This document shows positions 58,286 to 64,000 of a stretch of DNA of 64,000 nucleotides, in pieces (positions within the stretch are counted from its first letter, which is position 1; each line of letters begins with the position of its first letter). The stretch is from an uncultured Anaerolineaceae bacterium (lineage in GTDB: Bacteria; Chloroflexota; Anaerolineae; Aggregatilineales; Phototrophicaceae). Below the pieces are notes generated by a model. The model worked only from the letters and a program-made list of their open reading frames with translations. It ran no database searches and had not been told where the DNA came from. Location: the NCBI GenBank assembly GCA_964447795.1, contig CAYUTY010000010.1:33551-97550 (forward strand). Reading direction: 5' to 3'. The position numbers and the translations under genes were made by a program.

Positions 58286-59008
58286 GTGGCAAATGAAACC
58301 ATGATTCCGATACTGCCCTGCCATTCGATCAGCGACATGCTGGAATTTTACGGGGCACTCGGTTTTGAGATCACCTATCAGCAAAGCCGGCCCAACACCT
58401 ATGCCTGTGTCAAACGCGGCGGAATTGATCTGCATTTCTTCACGCTGAAGGACTATGACCCGGCGCAGTCCTACAGCACCTGCCTGGTTTCGGTGCTGGA
58501 TATTGATGATTTGTATCAGGCGTTCGCCGCCGGGCTGCGCCAGCATTACGGCAGGCTGCCGGTGGCGGGCATTCCCCGGCTCACCAGACCCAATAATAAC
58601 AACGGGGCGGGCGACAGGCGCTTTAACGTGATCGACCCCGGCGGGAACTGGATACGCTTCGTTCAGAAAGCTGAAACACCTGCTGGAGAAGCCGAAACCG
58701 AACAAGCCCCGGAAACCCGGTTAGGGCGGGCGCTCAATACCGCCGCCGTACTCGCCAATTCCAAAGGTGATTATGCGGCGGCGGCGAAGTTACTGGATAC
58801 AGCGCTGGTTCGCGATGAACCTGTTTCTGCCATTGAGCGGGTGCGGGCGCTGGTGCTGCGGGCGGAAGTGGCGCTGGCGCTGGATGACCGGGCCTTAGCC
58901 GGGAAACTGCTGGCTGATGTCGATCAGGCCGCGCTTGAGGCGGATGAGCGAGTCGCGCTCATGGATGAGCTGGAACGCGCTGCTGATCTGGCACAGATAC
59001 TCGGTTAG
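58286..59008 (+). CDS. VOC/glyoxalase domain + helical C-terminal domain
   Basis: IPILPC...FYGALGF...IDPGGNWIRF. Confidence 0.8.
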   Translation: MANETMIPILPCHSISDMLEFYGALGFEITYQQSRPNTYACVKRGGIDLHFFTLKDYDPAQSYSTCLVSVLDIDDLYQAFAAGLRQHYGRLPVAGIPRLTRPNNNNGAGDRRFNVIDPGGNWIRFVQKAETPAGEAETEQAPETRLGRALNTAAVLANSKGDYAAAAKLLDTALVRDEPVSAIERVRALVLRAEVALALDDRALAGKLLADVDQAALEADERVALMDELERAADLAQILG

Positions 59009-59099
59009 TCATGGTGAATAGGGCGCAATACGTCCTAATCCAACCGCATAATCAGTTTATAGACACCCACCCATCCATTTAGCAGAGGAGACAGGGCAG

Positions 59100-60068
59100 A
59101 TGCAAATGATTCAGGCGCGCGGGATGACACGGCATTTTCGGGTTGGGAAAGAAATGGTGGAGGCGGTGCGCGGTATTGATATTGATGTCGAAGCGGGGGA
59201 ACTGGTCGCTTTTCTCGGCCCAAACGGCGCAGGCAAATCGACCAGCCTGCGGATGCTCACGACTCTGCTCCCGCCCACATCGGGAAGCGCGGTTGTCGCG
59301 GGGTGTGATGTGCTGGCTGATCCGGCGGGTGTGCGCCGCCACCTGGGTTATGTCGGGCAGGGTAACGGCGCGGGACACGGCCACCGCGTCCGCGATGAAC
59401 TGGTGACACAGGGATTTTGTTATGGTATGAGCCGGGCTGCTTCACAAAAACGGGCTGACGAACTGCTGGTCGCGCTCGATCTCGAACCGCTGGCAAAACG
59501 AACTGCCGGCTCGCTCTCCGGCGGGCAGCGTCGCCGTCTGGATGTGGCGCTGGGGCTGGTTCACCGCCCCAAACTGCTGTTTCTGGATGAGCCGTCAACC
59601 GGGCTTGACCCGCAGAATCGCGCCAATCTGTGGGAGCATATTCTGCGGCTGCGGCAGGAACATGGCATGACCATTTTTCTCACCACCCACTACCTTGATG
59701 AAGCCGATTCGATGGCTGAACGGGTGCTGGTCATCGATCACGGGAAAGTTATCGCCGACGATACCCCCGCTAAACTCAAGGACAATCTGGCAGGTGACCG
59801 CATCACCATCACCACCTGCGACCAGGCCGCTGCCCAACGGGCCGCTGAAACTGCCGGACATATCACATCGCATGAAATCAACCTTGAGGGCGCTGCCGTC
59901 AGCCTGCGGGTGCCGCGTGGCAGCGCCATTTTACCGGAATTCCTGCGTGCGCTGGATGCAGCCGGGATTAAAGTCGAAACCGCCGAGGTCAAACGTCCTA
60001 CGCTGGATGATGTTTTCCTGGCGCTGACCGGGCGCAGCCTGCGCGAAACCGGCACGGATGATGCCTGA
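59100..60068 (+). CDS. ABC exporter ATP-binding subunit (DrrA-like)
   Basis: GPNGAGKS, LSGGQ, LFLDEP, TTHYLDEA, PTLDDVFL.LTG. Confidence 0.95.
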   Translation: MQMIQARGMTRHFRVGKEMVEAVRGIDIDVEAGELVAFLGPNGAGKSTSLRMLTTLLPPTSGSAVVAGCDVLADPAGVRRHLGYVGQGNGAGHGHRVRDELVTQGFCYGMSRAASQKRADELLVALDLEPLAKRTAGSLSGGQRRRLDVALGLVHRPKLLFLDEPSTGLDPQNRANLWEHILRLRQEHGMTIFLTTHYLDEADSMAERVLVIDHGKVIADDTPAKLKDNLAGDRITITTCDQAAAQRAAETAGHITSHEINLEGAAVSLRVPRGSAILPEFLRALDAAGIKVETAEVKRPTLDDVFLALTGRSLRETGTDDA

Positions 60069-60110
60069 TACACCCCATATTCATTGTCTGTTACAGGGAG
60101 AACTATAACT

Positions 60111-60869
60111 ATGATGAACATCATTCGTGATACGGCTGTTGTCGGCGGCAGAGAACTGCGCCTGACTATCCGCGATCCTTTCTCGCTGATATTCAGCCTG
60201 GTGCAGCCGCTGGTGTTCCTGGCTTTTTATGGCCCGCTGCTGGGTGGGATGCCGGGCGTGGGGGATACCTCACCCTGGCAGTGGTTCGTGCCGGGCATTC
60301 TGGTGATGATCGCCCTGTTTGGCACCACCATGTCGGGGTCGAATCTGCTTTATGAGATGCAGACCGGTTCGCACGAGCGGCTGCTGGTCACGCCATTGAG
60401 CCGTTCGGCGCTGCTGATGGGCCGGGCGCTGAAGGAAATTGTGCCGCTGGTGGTGCAGGCGGTTATCATCGTGGTTCTGGTGCTGCCGGTTGGCTTCAGG
60501 CTTTATCCGCTGGGCGTCCTGGCCGGTTTGCTGCTGCTCGCCATCGGCGGCGTCGGGCTGGGGGCGCTCTCCTACGCGCTGGCAATCAGCTCGAAAAACA
60601 GAGAATGGCTGTTTTACGGCGTGCAGCAAACCCTGCTTTTCCCGCTGCTGCTGCTGTCCGGGATGCTGCTGCCGGTTGATATGGGGCCGGGCTGGCTGCA
60701 ATTCCTGTCGCGCATCAATCCGCTGACGCACCTTGTGCAAGCCGAACGGGCACTGTTCGCCGGGAATTTCAGCGATCCCTCCATTTTGTACGGCACAATC
60801 GCGGTGGTGGCGGTGGCGGTGATCGGCCTCATCGTAGGAACACGAGCCATGCGCCGCGCTTCGCTGTAG
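60111..60869 (+). CDS. ABC-2 type permease (DrrB-like)
   Basis: Six TM segments; LSG...P...WLQ.LSRINPLT. Confidence 0.92.
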   Translation: MMNIIRDTAVVGGRELRLTIRDPFSLIFSLVQPLVFLAFYGPLLGGMPGVGDTSPWQWFVPGILVMIALFGTTMSGSNLLYEMQTGSHERLLVTPLSRSALLMGRALKEIVPLVVQAVIIVVLVLPVGFRLYPLGVLAGLLLLAIGGVGLGALSYALAISSKNREWLFYGVQQTLLFPLLLLSGMLLPVDMGPGWLQFLSRINPLTHLVQAERALFAGNFSDPSILYGTIAVVAVAVIGLIVGTRAMRRASL

Positions 60870-61026
60870 GTCATTCAGTTTTTCGCCCCCTTTCTATCAG
60901 ATGGACAGGGGGCATTTTGTTGATATTCCCCGCTCTCACCTGAACATTCGATCAGAGTTTCCTCACTTGTCACGGCTGCGACGTATAATTGCAGCAGTAT
61001 GTTTAGCGAGTCAGGGAGCAATTGCG

Positions 61027-61905
61027 ATGGCGAATAATGAACAGATGAAGGGCAAAACTGTCCTGATTACCGGGGCGACCAATGGCATTGGCAAGGAAAC
61101 CGCGCTTGGTCTGGCGCGGCTGGGCGCTCATCTGGTGATCGTGGGGCGGAGCGCGGCCAAAACACAGGCGACTGCCGATGAAATCAGGTCGAAAACCGGC
61201 AGCCAGCAGGTCGATGTGCTGTTAGCCGATCTGTCATCAATGGCCGATGTGCGGCGTCTGGCGGATGCATTCAAACAAAAATACACGCGGCTGGATGTGC
61301 TGGTGAACAATGCTGGCGGGGTTTTTGCCTCGCGCCAGGAGACGGTCGATGGTTACGAAATGACCTTCGCGCTCAACCATCTGAGCTACTTTTTGCTGAC
61401 CAATCTGCTGCTGGATATGCTGAAGGCCAGCGCCCCCTCACGCATCGTCAATGTTTCGTCCGACGCGCACACCTTCGGGCCGATGCATTTTGACGATCTG
61501 ATGATGAAAAATAACTACAGCATGGGCGGTTTCCGCGCTTACGGACAGTCCAAACTGGCGAATGTGCTGTTCAGCTATGAGCTGGCGCGGCGCCTATCCG
61601 GCACCGGCGTGACCAGTAATGTGCTGCATCCTGGCTTCGTCGCCAGCGGCTTCGGACGCAATAATCGCGGCCTGATGAATCTCATCATGGGTGTGATGCA
61701 TCGTTTCGCCCTGACGCCCGAACGCGGCGCGGAAACCAGCATCTATCTGGCGGCATCACCAGAAGTTGAAGGGGTGACAGGCAAATATTTTGACCGGAGC
61801 AAACCCAAAGAGTCGTCGAAGGACTCTTACGATCAGGTGTCGGCGCGTAAATTGTGGGAGATCAGCGAGGAGATGACTGGTCTGCGCCAGCCCGCCGGGG
61901 TATAA
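61027..61905 (+). CDS. SDR oxidoreductase (retinol dehydrogenase-like)
   Basis: ITGATNGIG, NNAG, VNVSS, YGQSK. Confidence 0.93.
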   Translation: MANNEQMKGKTVLITGATNGIGKETALGLARLGAHLVIVGRSAAKTQATADEIRSKTGSQQVDVLLADLSSMADVRRLADAFKQKYTRLDVLVNNAGGVFASRQETVDGYEMTFALNHLSYFLLTNLLLDMLKASAPSRIVNVSSDAHTFGPMHFDDLMMKNNYSMGGFRAYGQSKLANVLFSYELARRLSGTGVTSNVLHPGFVASGFGRNNRGLMNLIMGVMHRFALTPERGAETSIYLAASPEVEGVTGKYFDRSKPKESSKDSYDQVSARKLWEISEEMTGLRQPAGV

Positions 61906-61914
61906 GACAAATGA

Positions 61915-61938
61915 TGGGGCGAACCAGCGTTCGCCCCA
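61915..61938. repeat. REP-like hairpin between convergent genes
   Basis: TGGGGCGAAC-CAGC-GTTCGCCCCA; same arms as the 4252 REP. Confidence 0.65.
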
Positions 61939-61948
61939 CCGTGAAATT

Positions 61949-64000
61949 TTAGTTGTCGCCGTTGCTGCCGAGGTGTTCGCGGATGCCCCGGATGAACTGG
62001 TGATAGCCTTCTTCATCCAGCCCGGCTTTGTAAAGCACATCCACCCCCGCAAGCTGCCCCTGTTCTTCCGCGTTGAGCGTATCCGCCGTAACGACCATAA
62101 CGGGGATAGCGGCTGTTTCCGGGTTGGATTGCAATTCTTCCAGCACCGCGAACCCGTCCATCTCCGGCATCCGCAGATCGAGGATGATGAGGTCGGGGCG
62201 GTGACGGGCGATCATCGAAACGCCTTCCGGGCCAGAATGGGCGGTGAAGACCCGATAGCTGCCGTGTTCGTCCAGCAGTTCCTTGATGAGGCGGGTAGCC
62301 TCTGGCTGATCGTCGATGATGAGGATGCGCTCGGTCAGGCTGTCAGCCTCCGCCGCGCGGGCCGCATCGACAAGTTGTTCCGGCGTGAAGGGGCGCTGGA
62401 TGACGCGGAAGGCCCCGGCGTCCATAATGCGCTGAAGCTCGTTGCTGAGCGTCACGACGATGATCGGGATGTCCTGGGTGTCATCGCGGCCTTGCAGCCG
62501 TTCCAGAATTTCCCAGCCCGCGCCGCTGGCAAAGTTCACATCCATGACAATCATGGTCGGGTGCAAGCCGCTCGCCATGGCCTGCGCTTCCAGCGGAATG
62601 GAGGCGGCGAAAATGTCGAAACCTTCCCGCTGAAGGGTGCGGCGGTACTGGTCAACCATATCCGGGTTCTCCTCGATCAGGAGAATCTGGCGTTTGACCG
62701 GCATGACATTGTGCATCACCCCGACGCTGCGTTTGTCGCGGGCGGCGGCGGTTTCCAGCGTATCCGGGTTGAGCGGGCCGGTGTGTCCGTTGCCTTTGCC
62801 CTTTGGCTGCGGCGGCAGTTCGCCGGTTGGCGGTTTGGGCGGCGGCGCGAAGCTCGGTTTGGGTTTTTCGCCCAGTGTGCCGGTAGCTGGTTTCACGAAA
62901 TCGCCCGTGTCAGACTGCATCGGTTCGCTGGGTTCGGTGGGGATAAGGATGCTGAAGGTCGAACCAACGTTGACCTCAGAATGGACAAGCATCTGGCCGC
63001 CCTGCATTTCGATCAGCGAACGGGCGATGGGCAGACCGAGGCCGGTGCCGCCGACGGTGCGCGTCAGCGACGAGTCTACCTGACGGAAGGCCTCGAACAG
63101 CAGCGGCAAGTCCTGTTCGGCAATGCCAATACCGGTATCCTGCACATCCAGCCGCACCATCGGATTTCCCGTCTCGGCGCTGCGTTCGGTGTAAATGCGG
63201 ATAGTTACGCTGCCCTGCTGGGTGAATTTACCAGCGTTGGAAACCAGATTGAGCAGCACCTGCCGCGTGCGGAATTCATCGCCATAGGCTTTGGGCAGGC
63301 CGGAAGCCACTTCCAGCCGCATATCAATCGGTTTATCCTTCACCAGACCGATGCCGATGGAACGCACGCCTTCCGCCACCGCTTTCAGGTCAAAGTAGTC
63401 GAGATGCAGATCCATCTTGCCAGAGCTGATCTTGGCCTGATCGAGGATGTCATTGATGAGGCCGAGCAGGTGAGTGCCGCTGTTGTAGATGGTGGTTAAG
63501 TCCTGCTCCTGCATCTCAGTCAGCGGGCCGTCGATCCCTTTCAGGATCACGCGGCTGAAGCCGATGATTGAGTTGAGCGGCGTCCGCAGCTCATGGCTCA
63601 TGTTCGCCAGGAAATCGCTCTTGAGGCGGTCAAGTTCGCGCAACTGTTCGTTGGTTTGCTGCATCTGTTCCAGCAGGCGGTTGTTCTGGACGATAGCGGC
63701 CAGTGTGTTGGTCATGGCGCGGACGATGCGGACGGTATCTTCGTCGTAGGCGTTTGGCTCGTCGGCTTCAATGACGATAACGCCGGTGATGGTGTTACCT
63801 GTCACCATCGGTACAGCCAGCGCTGACTGTGCGAAGGATGTGACCGGCAGGTAATTCGGCTCGGCGCTCACATCGTCCACCAGCAGCGGTTCCTGCTTTG
63901 CGGTCATCACTGCCAGCAGATTATTCTGGTCTTGCAGATAAATTTCGGCTACCTCAGAGAGCGGCTGGTTCGCCCCGGCCAGCGCCGCCGCCCGCAGCAG
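61949..64000 (-). CDS. Hybrid sensor histidine kinase (GAF-HisKA-HATPase-REC-REC), 5' end beyond the window
   Basis: SHELRTPL, NLVSNAGKF, DTGIG, GTGLGL and two receiver domains; frame open to position 64000. Confidence 0.95.
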   Translation of the reverse strand: MLRAAALAGANQPLSEVAEIYLQDQNNLLAVMTAKQEPLLVDDVSAEPNYLPVTSFAQSALAVPMVTGNTITGVIVIEADEPNAYDEDTVRIVRAMTNTLAAIVQNNRLLEQMQQTNEQLRELDRLKSDFLANMSHELRTPLNSIIGFSRVILKGIDGPLTEMQEQDLTTIYNSGTHLLGLINDILDQAKISSGKMDLHLDYFDLKAVAEGVRSIGIGLVKDKPIDMRLEVASGLPKAYGDEFRTRQVLLNLVSNAGKFTQQGSVTIRIYTERSAETGNPMVRLDVQDTGIGIAEQDLPLLFEAFRQVDSSLTRTVGGTGLGLPIARSLIEMQGGQMLVHSEVNVGSTFSILIPTEPSEPMQSDTGDFVKPATGTLGEKPKPSFAPPPKPPTGELPPQPKGKGNGHTGPLNPDTLETAAARDKRSVGVMHNVMPVKRQILLIEENPDMVDQYRRTLQREGFDIFAASIPLEAQAMASGLHPTMIVMDVNFASGAGWEILERLQGRDDTQDIPIIVVTLSNELQRIMDAGAFRVIQRPFTPEQLVDAARAAEADSLTERILIIDDQPEATRLIKELLDEHGSYRVFTAHSGPEGVSMIARHRPDLIILDLRMPEMDGFAVLEELQSNPETAAIPVMVVTADTLNAEEQGQLAGVDVLYKAGLDEEGYHQFIRGIREHLGSNGDN

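Noticed and set aside
61973..63499. 508-aa antisense ORF (likewise 7868-8824, 15827-16675, 25980-27107)
   Set aside because: Lies opposite well-supported genes; codon-bias shadow.

Overview
64 kb of moderately GC-rich bacterial chromosome, most likely Chloroflexota (Anaerolineae-like). That assignment is inferred from gene style, the expanded STAS/SEC14-like family and the repeat content; no marker gene confirms it. It holds about 60 mostly accessory or housekeeping CDSs: GNATs, SDRs, methyltransferases, peptidases (M24, M42, S9), P450 + TetR, selA, a DUF4127-ROK-nanE operon, a DUF2249/membrane-protein operon, two MerR regulators, an ABC exporter and a truncated hybrid kinase. I found no rRNA, tRNA, CRISPR array, integrase or transposase. 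The strongest unexplained signals are: (1) a dispersed 210-290 bp non-coding element in three copies (5861-6151 +, 25384-25591 +, 45364-45583 -) with a conserved promoter-like 5' block, a variable middle and a conserved GC-rich 3' block; (2) a two-gene retropepsin-like cassette bracketed by a 68-bp duplication of the 3' end of the M42 peptidase gene; (3) two tandem SH3-anchored cell-wall hydrolases without signal peptides; (4) a candidate ~105-nt sRNA, a perfect 44-bp palindrome and a LacI-type operator in the 48.9-49.4 kb intergenic region; (5) a class II Crp/Fnr-type promoter in front of the DUF2249 operon. All family calls come from motif recognition by eye; no database searches were run.
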